A stretch of DNA of 64,000 nucleotides from Candidatus Omnitrophota bacterium (GTDB lineage Bacteria > Omnitrophota > Gorgyraeia > Tantalellales > Tantalellaceae): contig JBAROK010000074.1 of NCBI GenBank assembly GCA_049642065.1, forward strand, positions 4,114-68,113, in the 5' to 3' direction. The notes beneath the pieces are model-generated. The model ran no database searches, had not been told where the DNA came from, and worked only from the letters and a program-made list of their open reading frames with translations. How positions within the stretch are numbered: the first letter of the stretch is position 1; each line of letters opens with the position of its first letter. Shown here in pieces: positions 9,201 through 14,865 of this stretch. Position numbers and translations under genes: made by a program.

Positions 9201-11791
9201 AGATCCAGCTGAACAGCCCGGAGTAGGTAATGTGGGTCCTTTCCCCATGTCTTAGACCATTTCTCGTCTTTTGCTATTAACCAGTTACGGACATGTGTCG
9301 AAAGGAATACTCTAACAACCCTGCCGTCCTGCGTCCGTATTTCGACTTCTTTCCCGTCCCTGACCAAGCTAAGACTAATGGTGTATTTCCTGTTAAGGAA
9401 CTCTCCAATCTCGTGAAACAGAGCAATGGGGTTATCGATCAACTCTTCCTGCAGAGCAATAAGGTTATCTCCAGCAGATACAAACCCGAACAGATCCCCA
9501 ACAAGAGGATTAAAAGAATATAACTCCGGCGGAGAGTTCTCCAAAAGTTCTAAAAATAGTTCCATCACGGACCTGCACTCGGGCTTGCGAGCCATGAACA
9601 ACCTTAAAGCCTCTTTCGCTTTTCCAAGCTCGGCCGCGTTAAGCTCCATCCGTTCTTTAAGAACCTTATTCCTGTCCTCCGCATCCGAAACAGAAACATA
9701 TTTCCTGTCGTTTAATCCAAACACCCTGCTGGGTATTGCCTTTTTACCTATTCGCGAAGACTCCGTTACAACGGAAGACTTTTTCGCCACGAAACCGCCC
9801 AAACGCGCATATCTGTTCTCTTTACGCTTCATAAAAAATTCTTGAGGAATAAATCCGGCAAAGCCTAATTCTTCCAATTTCTTCTGAACAGATTCCTCTT
9901 TTTCGTGAATCCCTATGAAAACTACTTCTACATGCCCGGCCTTGATATCACTATATAATTCGTCCGCCCCGCTGTATTCGGATTCGTTTTTAGTATTGCC
10001 TCTTTTATCCTTGTACACAAGATGAGGCTGTGTGTCCGGATCATCTATAAGAGTGCGTAACGAAGTAGACAAAAGACCGTCTCTCAGCAACCTCTCTATC
10101 ACTTCTGTCTGCATAGGGTAACGCCCATCAAGACCGTCAGGTTCGGAATCCCTGAAATCAAGATAAGAAACTGTCCCACCCGGTTTAAGAACGCGTGCGA
10201 TCTCTTCAAGGATAAACTCCCGATCATGTTTATTGATTACCTGACTAAGCGTGCGGTGCATAACAAGCGCGTCAACTGACGCATCCGGCAATGGAATGCC
10301 ATGAGCCAAGTCACTCTGCTCAAATGCCAGCGCCGGTTTTTTTGCCTGTTTCATTTCTTTTACAGCCGCCCATGCAGAAGCATCTCCAACAAGATTTCCA
10401 GACATTTCGATCGTTTTTTTCTTAGCTTTTTTTATGTTATTTGGGTTAATGTCCAGCCCGAGAACCGAAAACCCTTTATCGTTCATCCACCTGGCTATCT
10501 GCCCTTCTCCACAGCCAAGATCCACAATAACAACCGGCTCGCTTTTCTCAGATACCTGTTCCTTTAAAGTGTTAACGAATTTTACGGGATACGTCCCCTC
10601 GTAAGGGTATTCCGTTCCGCTATACCCTGTGATCTGAGAAGCTGTGAATGTCACAACATTTTCGTTTTTCTCGCCTTTTCTCGAAACCAATACAAGCATA
10701 AGATCCGCAAAAGACCTGCCTCTCTCAATTATGCTAAATCCTGCATCTATTGCCGCCTTCCCCGTATCGGCTATTTCATAGAATTCCGCCATCAGCTTCT
10801 GAAATTCATTATCGCTTAACTCGTACTCCGGTTCGGCTACATCCTCAGCGACTATCATCCCTCCCGGCTTCAGCACCTTGACACATTCACCAAAAAACCT
10901 CTTTTGCGCATTAAAATGTGCCTCCGCTCTCTTACGTATATCTTCCCGAGTATGCCCTAGCGCATCAATCCCACTGGGCACAAAATCAAGAATATTTCTG
11001 AAGATAATCGCATCGAACTGATCACTAGGCAACGTAAAGGGCTGGTTAAAATCCATTTCCACTACTTTTACCTCATCTGCTCCTGCCTTTATAAGACTAC
11101 CCTTGAGTCTACTTATATCCTCATGATCTATATCAACGGCTGTGACCTCTGCGCCCTCACTTGATAGCGCAAGTATATGATCCGGGTTTGACCCTACTCC
11201 CAGTTCAAGTACTTTCTTGCCTTTTAGATTTCCTCCCAATATTTCTTTGAGCTTGGATACTATCGCAGGAGCCTTGCCTGCACCTTTCTTCGTATCGTCC
11301 GAAATGCTTTCTATTTTGATCTTGCTTTCGTCTTTTTGGATCTCGGCTATATCCTCGCAGCTAGAAGTTATCCTGAACTTCTTTCCCTTATTAGGACCGT
11401 CAAATATTTGAAGGTCTACACGAGTCTTCCCGTCTTCCTTTCTCGGATTGGAAAGAACATCTAGGAGACGGTCTCTACTTACTTCAGGCGCAACGCTGAG
11501 CCACTTATCCAACTCAGAGTTTATATCCTGAAACGGGACCATATCTTCTTTAAGCGCCATCGCGAGAATACACGCAAGTTCTAAACGTACCTGCGTATCG
11601 AACTGGCGGCCTGTTACATCCAGGATAGGCTTGAACATTGATTGGATCTGCAGCGTGTGGTGGGCATTAATACGAAGCTCACGACCCATATCGGGATACG
11701 CCCATGCGATATTATTGATTGTGAATAGGCATACTATTGCTATCGCGATTATCTTGATCAGTGTCCTGTGCTTCCTATTTAAGGAGTTCAT
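1..11791 (-). CDS. Giant secreted multi-domain protein, at least 3,930 aa, 3'-truncated by the window edge. Modules: signal peptide, 2x SAM-MTase, GNAT, atypical STK-like, ChaN/Tiki-like, ParB-like, HExxH, CDA/TadA-like deaminase
   Basis: Manual codon-by-codon minus-strand translation from ATG at 11791 to position 1 met no stop. The ORF track lists no closed minus ORF of 60 aa or more in 1-11790, only short antisense plus ORFs. An in-frame TAA lies 21 nt upstream of the ATG. N-terminus reads MNSLNRKHRTLIKIIAIAIVCLFTINNIAWA, a Sec signal with an AxA site. Domain motifs are listed in the separate entries below. Confidence 0.85.
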   Translation of the reverse strand, partial: MNSLNRKHRTLIKIIAIAIVCLFTINNIAWAYPDMGRELRINAHHTLQIQSMFKPILDVTGRQFDTQVRLELACILAMALKEDMVPFQDINSELDKWLSVAPEVSRDRLLDVLSNPRKEDGKTRVDLQIFDGPNKGKKFRITSSCEDIAEIQKDESKIKIESISDDTKKGAGKAPAIVSKLKEILGGNLKGKKVLELGVGSNPDHILALSSEGAEVTAVDIDHEDISRLKGSLIKAGADEVKVVEMDFNQPFTLPSDQFDAIIFRNILDFVPSGIDALGHTREDIRKRAEAHFNAQKRFFGECVKVLKPGGMIVAEDVAEPEYELSDNEFQKLMAEFYEIADTGKAAIDAGFSIIERGRSFADLMLVLVSRKGEKNENVVTFTASQITGYSGTEYPYEGTYPVKFVNTLKEQVSEKSEPVVIVDLGCGEGQIARWMNDKGFSVLGLDINPNNIKKAKKKTIEMSGNLVGDASAWAAVKEMKQAKKPALAFEQSDLAHGIPLPDASVDALVMHRTLSQVINKHDREFILEEIARVLKPGGTVSYLDFRDSEPDGLDGRYPMQTEVIERLLRDGLLSTSLRTLIDDPDTQPHLVYKDKRGNTKNESEYSGADELYSDIKAGHVEVVFIGIHEKEESVQKKLEELGFAGFIPQEFFMKRKENRYARLGGFVAKKSSVVTESSRIGKKAIPSRVFGLNDRKYVSVSDAEDRNKVLKERMELNAAELGKAKEALRLFMARKPECRSVMELFLELLENSPPELYSFNPLVGDLFGFVSAGDNLIALQEELIDNPIALFHEIGEFLNRKYTISLSLVRDGKEVEIRTQDGRVVRVFLSTHVRNWLIAKDEKWSKTWGKDPHYLLRAVQLDLFGKGTFGRDQEDIELTRLIQQMQASSSHKDAISGPFSIGNKRYYAREVNDSAAMSSLLDRWFEQEEKPYFSRGMWDSAAKRAAGGSGPVCMIKLEDASGNILGLSVSTKGEFPFKEKNRKVWVGDYMEVSAKHRSEGIGEILIAKITERAMEELEQENTMVAPDGEAVYLEPEEEVSRNLYIVHPAEDEEYKDKQGGKSAKDFFRGIGFRSMPITWTAWTEDEWEKDLWMSLSEEKARELVEKVRSRMEDRPRGKPRQLTLFGDEEPDTSQIGRSLTDSSIDGSIDRSVDDDKELTTKIKLFSDKHYRLVVELLSSTFSGYNPVESESSLVDRFFENLKDVKGQLESETGEYEVFSESLDALVNMDDSAKVAIREILLGESQARSCFKPATDREEKNERVEEYLVRLREALIGWVIDELVRTERFLMSGEEMESLLSDMRLMFKSVQETATSRDPSMLAGRYRLEKLLGTGEYSMVYKAKDLKTGADVTVRVLRYSGAKDLRRKLPSFLKGYFVMRYLSEVGGVIKGLDMGRWERGNGREDFFMVTEFVPGESLDTVIDSGRQLNPDEAATLAKKVLEIIRKVQGKRIVHTDIKPANMLLPGKGGKFDFSSLVFLVDFDLALRFPESGELKINDVRGTPEYLPWEVFPLHEEGKYNKSTDVYGLGIILYKALTGKVPLPYDGRNIAEYFNNKSRVEPTDIRDMAKKEGKDIPDALAEFIMRCIRRDPNDRFASVDAAIKYLEEGVSPSLQIGNSARVEMVSPDNSKFRAIDSKGNRHVVGLIPRELMNMRDLGANLSAIAGNEFYYRDIIYPMLVRYAQTKAKEYTFRVLVEDLFAFTSSENDLLAFYSELKENPIAEFHEIGEYLIKKGIMELRMESGYVVISFDGEDQTSIVPSTDTMQFIMEEQRDEEGEKGWDEGWDENPHYLLRILQREMFPLADKDLSDYIRENKQEIQLPYPGQDTTKVMKPPKKSDSRRMPFAEEPAQGKSVKRARRSTSSRFAFEDAGPIREQRGPMDTNALEGLFRQGLVMRGDKLYFNETPSLKVDESGKIKMDPEGRWGHLVEVPMTLSDKAMEEIQGLFYQIAELKLRAEKAGEGKYRDHLLEEAEETRKEVNRVLRKRGIDYEKLTSTWTSADKVALAEARTARLIVEHNIKMLRERVKKVKSEQKTGVFKDGKLFGGVDFTVIVNQGGRIEIRRDEEGERVPILLDPETEKLRIVAKDPHKYVIKAVEQYNEKKGKKAEEGNSGSSGISRGPVGLLVFLIGLLTPGIIEAAETAVKASEAGKELSSWAAATLVMLLAVCLVGGVVIIIYEICGIVAGLAKRIYNAFRGKKRIEQVEKPLSVVDGSGLFGTNNEKWEEIVENRWHEGVDFKGLFADRNVLVIGDTHHGALGIQKGFVNYLEQLKAAGVTHLGLEIPSDLKVDNISEISESCWIPHRLEQLVTVAQRLGIKVVFIDMPAGERDPSWDDNEQSSQRGMYMGKYLAGQMEKALKEDPCAHMAVITGYAHIRDSSQIPKQLEDRGIPYGLVAAVCEGEHGSIFGIEHQAITLPVVRAIMDLVKGGKRYGFIDFRGLDVNVEGIDGIIHFPRPLPEAPEAKPLSAPPSEWKGEDGMARALAPLSKHPLAITSLNLPVAANFGERVEPSVHYWKGTNQDKALDFIVKLREQMGGEYGVDAGTDAALVYLASLLRAYVRNTGRHSMGGSIVYIGFVPEWKFFEFGSVDTFGYPYTPGGEYGSLFQHWEVSLKTLQERFGYEDLFENPDLLRTMKVMPNMDRPDALVKIVPFILTARKHPERIWSSSEFLHPTLKVFCGRGEKYYHWTYTGGRGDDGVVLSEVEAEDFHLDEVEKLFVECRDINREIHAHMENIVCSKGIQDIALRQIHIGHFLWNIGGGLLERVGRFIFKLRIRNWRAISLNKYLRKGLNEVDTVQRKAEEVILSARKKLRYINDEEIEKVLAGYDEAIEYLRESIKRTEKLFKSYPDLGEASFFDKGKAKDNLEQLKQKYQELVAKRKKMNLAKRDVPEAKVVQKALGLPAPIDAAPGSASLGSNIDGYSPFLHAPVLEELGKVGIPFLVKAILDWLNPAMPLLNSCIFAGLLVSVAGAFVLGHIMGTRGPPAVRELLNVLSIEHIKKKADKADLEADDAYEKVLNEVAECAGIQPDYITNVANIYDGEVELKSTTVSRTVQYNPWTILRYFLYRDGKFKKMLSESRPVVVKMGENYYIAEGYNICIAATLRGINSVPAKVIDITDRETSWRYSDLATAEAKADKSTTVVFGKMMFQRWSDKLASAMTDQSIFVKMQLHILTVPIIAAFTGIIIAFRYIDQPALALGLSMLAHLVINAIVWTIKQEGQRGYASLLADARINRRGVLQLAGAGVSAWVLDRAGIKAAQAAEKSGPMEITESNVRGMLFKYLEMNIQNKGDHKKIIALIDFLLHLRDISQKNKRPLVLKKSALKMLVGAEGTGIIPWEYVESVRITPDFATGKNRAQITVKCVFPKRKKKYTHKVEVEGKKESFVIPSDFRFFVGDYEGKKGIYFAKDKEYIEAPDSKAKYRSLMKGGALKNLPLKHILRDREGVVHAKASLIKIPFIGDITWSITKSPTPILLGKNWIEKHKAKERSFPKGFELPTQLAMATGSAVHTEGMKIRQDSPYYSPVSMMGGMQVNVRYLDQTEDLARTLIWMGKAEENWVTVGDRAIRVVTDRGTRLSGALVQIVLEKTVERYDGDVNELPNTIVIGMLDVSPYMFEDHRRNGFIGINKAVNEIEDEKTRSKLVLTGLFHELAHELTGRSGPEFEKEQLERDIDFCVELFGDNKEKVVALHDSMLPLIEQEVGFLARLQEVMDVRNIEGFTNRLNATFMDLWINLKEIGRVSPRCIKGMGEELALNLARIKDDVHFNLPRSRNQAIGKAGSLVGFISNDFEEGVRAAQREGGYDELIGRIDSVRGSINAVLDDLEKLRRERAFFSEEDRRHMTELIRFAKEKVNAGELDPNIPVAARLVDGDGNIVVTVARRRLESHSKYGVNAVHAEVEAIRQAEALDEPFTDWANATLYVNLAPCHNCTK
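700..1000 (-). other. Domain of the giant protein: HExxH zincin-like metallopeptidase motif region
   Basis: LVLTGLFHELAHELTGRSGPEFEKEQLE, with HELAH at about 826-855. Confidence 0.4.
2140..2300 (-). other. Segment of the giant protein: second predicted transmembrane-helix cluster, preceded N-terminally by a twin-arginine-like motif
   Basis: Hydrophobic runs IFVKMQLHILTVPIIAAFTGIIIAFRY and ALALGLSMLAHLVINAIVWTI. The RR-like motif ARINRRGVLQLAGAGVSAWVL lies at about 2060-2100. Confidence 0.45.
2440..2560 (-). other. Segment of the giant protein: degenerate ParB/Srx-fold-like segment
   Basis: RPVVVKMGENYYIAEGYNICIAATLRGINSVPAKVIDITDRE follows the ParB N-domain pattern (Y.iIaGeRR..Aa.l.G...vPa.V.d) but has GYN in place of the GERR/GHHR arginines. 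Confidence 0.25.
4600..5110 (-). other. Domain of the giant protein: ChaN/Tiki/TraB-superfamily-like domain
   Basis: VLVIGDTHHGALGIQKGFVNYLEQLKAAGVTHLGLEIP fits the ChaN N-terminal pattern [VI]LLGExHD...H. The C-terminal AVITGYAHIRDSSQIPKQL fits the ChaN GxGHV...P..L motif. Confidence 0.4.
5230..5440 (-). other. Segment of the giant protein: internal pair of predicted transmembrane helices
   Basis: GPVGLLVFLIGLLTPGII and WAAATLVMLLAVCLVGGVVIIIYEICGIVAGL are long hydrophobic stretches separated by a short polar loop. Confidence 0.5.
7000..7830 (-). other. Domain of the giant protein: Hanks-type Ser/Thr protein-kinase-like domain with non-canonical catalytic motifs
   Basis: Glycine loop LGTGEYSMVYKA. 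A VTVRVL strand with R where VAIK has K. Catalytic loop HTDIKPAN (HRD becomes HTD). DFDLA (DFG becomes DFD). GTPEYLPWE. DVYGLGIILYKALTG. Confidence 0.65.
8700..9010 (-). other. Domain of the giant protein: GNAT-like acetyltransferase motif region
   Basis: VWVGDYMEVSAKHRSEGIGEILIAKITERA resembles GNAT motif A (R/Q-x-x-G-x-G/A), about 8762-8803. Confidence 0.4.
10120..10600 (-). other. Domain of the giant protein: class-I SAM-dependent methyltransferase fold, copy 2
   Basis: VVIVDLGCGEGQIARW (about 10495-10545) and ARVLKPGGTVSYLDF (about 10155-10190). Confidence 0.65.
10800..11270 (-). other. Domain of the giant protein: class-I SAM-dependent methyltransferase fold, copy 1
   Basis: Motif I-like VLELGVGSNPDHILAL (about 11171-11212) and post-II motif VKVLKPGGMIVAEDV (about 10845-10885). 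Confidence 0.6.
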
Positions 11792-11835
11792 AGTTATATT
11801 AATTATAATTGGTTAGTCGAATAAAAAGTATATAT

Positions 11836-11864
11836 ATTATATAATAGACCCCCTATTAGGTCAA
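11836..11864 (-). promoter_or_regulatory. Candidate sigma70-type promoter for the giant gene
   Basis: On the minus strand: TTGACC at 11864-11859, a 17-nt spacer, TATAAT at 11841-11836, about 45 nt upstream of the ATG at 11791. The region is AT-rich, so a chance match is possible. No strong Shine-Dalgarno precedes the ATG. Confidence 0.4.
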
Positions 11865-11995
11865 TAAAAAGTAAGCTAGGAATTGTTTTTTTAACGTTTT
11901 GTAAGTGCTTGTAATTACAGGGTTTATGTTGGGTAGTTATAAAAACGTCCCGGAAGTGGTTACTCCCGAGACAGAATATGTAAATAATAAAAAAA

Positions 11996-12069
11996 TGGAG
12001 CGAGCGATGGGGATCGAACCCACGTAGGAAGCTTGGAAGGCTTCTGCACTACCATTGTGCTACGCTCGC
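11996..12069 (-). tRNA. tRNA-Gly (anticodon TCC)
   Basis: Reverse complement GCGAGCGTAGCACAATGGTAGTGCAGAAGCCTTCCAAGCTTCCTACGTGGGTTCGATCCCCATCGCTCGCTCCA. The 7-bp acceptor stem pairs with CGCTCGC. Anticodon loop CTTCCAA. T-loop TTCGATC. CCA is encoded. A T7 run follows the 3' end. Confidence 0.85.
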
Positions 12070-12118
12070 TCTTTATATAAGAAAATAATATACACTTTCT
12101 GCAGGCGTTGTCAAGTCC

Positions 12119-12763
12119 TTACTTCCGCCCCTTCCCTCTCCTCTCATATATCTGCGGAGCAAATATGATAACAGGAACGAGAAGAAACACATAAAGAGAA
12201 GCCAAAGGATACACAACAGCCATTACCATCGCTAAAAGCCCCACTAACGGGAGCACCAAAGACCTGCGTCTTATCAGTTTAATATGTTTAATATCCAAGC
12301 TAGGTCCGATAAGGCGGTACTCTTTCGTAGCATACATCCAGTTGCAAAGAAAAAGCATACCAAGGATGAACATGTTGGATGCAAAAAAGAAAGCAGGTAT
12401 CGTCTGCCTCGGATAATCCCCAACCAGGGAGGTGGAAAACGGCACTAACGCAGTGAACATAAGTATGATGAGGTTTATCCACATATGCCTGCGCTCAGTA
12501 CGTTTTATGTAATGGAACTGCTGGTGATGCATGATCCAGAAGTTCGCCAGAAGAAGAAAGCTTACGGCACAATTAAAAAATTCCTGAAACTGATCCGTAA
12601 AAAAACTCCTGACCGTCATGGGAGCCAACGCCTTACCTGTACCCGGCAGATTAATAGTCCAGAAAAGAAGCGTCATGGATATGGCAAAGATACCGTCCGT
12701 AAGCGTCGTCAACCGGCTAACAGTTATTCCGCGTTCGGTTTTTTCTCCATCAGTTGCGGTCAT
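12119..12763 (-). CDS. DUF1211 / TMEM175-family membrane protein (putative K+ channel)
   Basis: RLTTLTDGIFAISMTLL resembles the DUF1211 signature (RLEAFSDGVFAIAITLL). Several hydrophobic helices. Confidence 0.6.
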   Translation of the reverse strand: MTATDGEKTERGITVSRLTTLTDGIFAISMTLLFWTINLPGTGKALAPMTVRSFFTDQFQEFFNCAVSFLLLANFWIMHHQQFHYIKRTERRHMWINLIILMFTALVPFSTSLVGDYPRQTIPAFFFASNMFILGMLFLCNWMYATKEYRLIGPSLDIKHIKLIRRRSLVLPLVGLLAMVMAVVYPLASLYVFLLVPVIIFAPQIYERRGKGRK

Positions 12764-13176
12764 TATTGCTCTCCTCCCTGCTGGCTCCCGCTGATCAGAG
12801 CTTTCTCAACCGCTTCCAATATAGCGGTACTGGTCATTGTAGCCCCCGTGATAGCATCCACATTTACGGTTTGCAGCTCTATAACTCGTTCAATTACCCC
12901 CTTCGCCAAGTCCACAGATGGATCAACACGAGACTCAACGATCCTGATGTCCTCGATCTTCCCGCTGGTTACCGTAACCTCCACCCTTATCACAGTCTCA
13001 TCATAGTCGGAATGTTCCCCAGTATACACCCCATCAGGAATGTTGCCTATATCGACCTCCTCGAACTGCCCATATGCTATAGTCGCAATAAGAAACATAA
13101 ATGTTGCCGCTAAGGCGGACATTAATTTTATACTGGCTTTCATATTATTCCTTACCGCTGAGAAGCGACCCTTCAA
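12763..13176 (-). CDS. Exported FMN-binding domain protein
   Basis: N-terminal signal/anchor. VDAITGATMTSTAILEAV matches the FMN_bind (NqrC/RnfG-type) flavinylation motif. Confidence 0.6.
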   Translation of the reverse strand: MKGRFSAVRNNMKASIKLMSALAATFMFLIATIAYGQFEEVDIGNIPDGVYTGEHSDYDETVIRVEVTVTSGKIEDIRIVESRVDPSVDLAKGVIERVIELQTVNVDAITGATMTSTAILEAVEKALISGSQQGGEQ

Positions 13177-13903
13177 ACTTTTTCAAAGCTCCACCAATAG
13201 CTGCCCCTTGCTTACCTGAAAACAGTTTTGATGAAGATAACAGCTGATCCGTGATATTATCCGTAAGCTTATTCATCTCAAAGTTCGCAAGCTTGGATAC
13301 GGTAGTCTTTGCCAGAGCTTTTACCATGATCAAACTTATCACCGACTCCAGATCCGTTATATTCTCGTAAGTTTCATCAATATTGACGTCAAACTCCTGG
13401 ATCTTAGGCTCACCGACCTGAGAATAGTCTTTATACATAACCTTACCGACTTTAAGACGGAGCTTGTCTATCTGCAGCTTGATGTCCTCTGACTTTTGGG
13501 GAGCTGCTTTTTGCTTGCCGTCATCCTGCGCCATCTTAAGCGAATCAAGATTAAGCTCGCCTTTTTTGTTCTTCTCAACGATAAACTCTTTTAGCTCAAC
13601 ATTGACTTCTTTCAGGTGCACCTTGCCCCTAAAGAAAGATGGAAGATCATAATCAACGTATATCTTAGGCATATCCAGCATTATCTTGTCCTTAAACCCT
13701 TTTGGATTGTACAGACGTAAGTTCTCAATATCGATAAGTGTCTTCAGGATACCCATTTTGAAACTTCCGATACTCAGTTTAAGACCCGTAACCCCCTGGA
13801 CCCCTCTTTCCAGCGATACCTTGACTATAGTGTCCTTGGCAGCTGAAAGCGCTAACATTATCGCCAGCACTCCAATAAAAATATAAATCCATGTCTTTTT
13901 CAT
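13145..13903 (-). CDS. Hypothetical exported protein
   Basis: Complete ORF with N-terminal signal/anchor (MKKTWIYIFIGVLAIMLALSAA), tightly packed with neighbours. No recognised motif. Confidence 0.5.
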   Translation of the reverse strand: MKKTWIYIFIGVLAIMLALSAAKDTIVKVSLERGVQGVTGLKLSIGSFKMGILKTLIDIENLRLYNPKGFKDKIMLDMPKIYVDYDLPSFFRGKVHLKEVNVELKEFIVEKNKKGELNLDSLKMAQDDGKQKAAPQKSEDIKLQIDKLRLKVGKVMYKDYSQVGEPKIQEFDVNIDETYENITDLESVISLIMVKALAKTTVSKLANFEMNKLTDNITDQLLSSSKLFSGKQGAAIGGALKKFEGSLLSGKE

Positions 13904-14652
13904 CTCATCCCCCCTTTTCTTTCATCGGAACTTTTATGAACACCCGTAAGACCTTGAAGAAGAATGGCACCACACTGGTCTATCTCCGGCTGGGCATCTC
14001 TCATGCCACCCTCGATAACATCCCCGTAAATAGTGTTAAGCCGCGCGATAAGCGCCTGGCGCTCCTCTGCATTGATACCAAGATACGTCAATTTACCATA
14101 CTCATCAGGCGTTGTATCTAAAATAGCGTGACTGACAAGCACTGAACAGTCCGAAAGCATATCCATGGCCTCGTTCATTTTCGGATATTGTTCACTGATT
14201 CTGCGAATAAACGGGTTTGGATTAAACTTCTTCCCCGAACTTTCCCACAACTCTCCCTGCTTCTCAAGTATTTCATTGAGACATCCTATATAAACATCAT
14301 AACTCTTTACCGCAAGTATTGCGGCTTTCCTTACTTCAGGGTCCTTGGGAACCTCATATTTGACTATAACCTTACGCATCTCTATCATATCCGCTCTTGC
14401 TCGCCTTATGTCCTCCATGTAATCATTAAGAAACGCTTTATTGTCATTAGGCTCCCCAACAGGCTTTCCGATTCTATCCATTTCCCTTATCTTTTTAAGA
14501 TGCCCAAGTCCTTCAACATAATCCCGAGCAAACTCATATTTGTAGGTTTGGGCCTCTTCTTGGCATACTGCGCTACCTGAAATAAAACAAAAGATTGCAA
14601 GTAAACAAAATATTTTTTTCATTCTACTTTTCCTCTTGTTTCGGTTTCTCAA
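13900..14652 (-). CDS. Hypothetical exported protein
   Basis: ORF with a signal peptide (KKIFCLLAIFCFISGSAVC). Overlaps the upstream gene by 4 nt (coupled). Confidence 0.5.
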   Translation of the reverse strand: MRNRNKRKSRMKKIFCLLAIFCFISGSAVCQEEAQTYKYEFARDYVEGLGHLKKIREMDRIGKPVGEPNDNKAFLNDYMEDIRRARADMIEMRKVIVKYEVPKDPEVRKAAILAVKSYDVYIGCLNEILEKQGELWESSGKKFNPNPFIRRISEQYPKMNEAMDMLSDCSVLVSHAILDTTPDEYGKLTYLGINAEERQALIARLNTIYGDVIEGGMRDAQPEIDQCGAILLQGLTGVHKSSDERKGGMR

Positions 14653-14851
14653 AAACCATCCCGTAATCCTTTATCTCCATGATCTGGGTCTTACCCAATC
14701 GCCAAGTCCTTCCGGTAACACTGTCGTATTTTACCGCTCCGAAAACGCTATCCATTGAAACCTTGTACCTACCGGGAAGGTTTATGCCTATAATTAAAGA
14801 CGATATTATAATGCTAATGCCGATAATGACCGCGATAATAATATCCTTCAT
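14624..14851 (-). CDS. Small membrane protein (hypothetical)
   Basis: 75-aa ORF with one hydrophobic helix in a compact minus-strand array. Weak. Confidence 0.3.
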   Translation of the reverse strand: MKDIIIAVIIGISIIISSLIIGINLPGRYKVSMDSVFGAVKYDSVTGRTWRLGKTQIMEIKDYGMVFEKPKQEEK

Positions 14852-14865
14852 CTCTCCTCCTTAAG

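Noticed and set aside
14-11816. About 45 plus-strand ORFs of 60-205 aa listed in the track within the giant-gene region (e.g. 6816-7433 at 205 aa, 5262-5825 at 187 aa, 8358-8825 at 155 aa)
   Set aside because: All are antisense to the continuous minus-strand frame. Their translations are Ser/Leu/Pro-rich low-complexity strings with no motifs, typical of shadow ORFs opposite a real gene.
11930-11995. Possible hairpin (CCCGGAAGTGG...CTCCCGAG) between tRNA-Gly and the giant-gene promoter
   Set aside because: On checking, the arms are not complementary beyond 3 bp, so it is not a credible terminator or structured element.
12485-13113. Plus-strand ORFs of 173 and 119 aa
   Set aside because: Antisense to the DUF1211 and FMN-binding genes, with no supporting signals.
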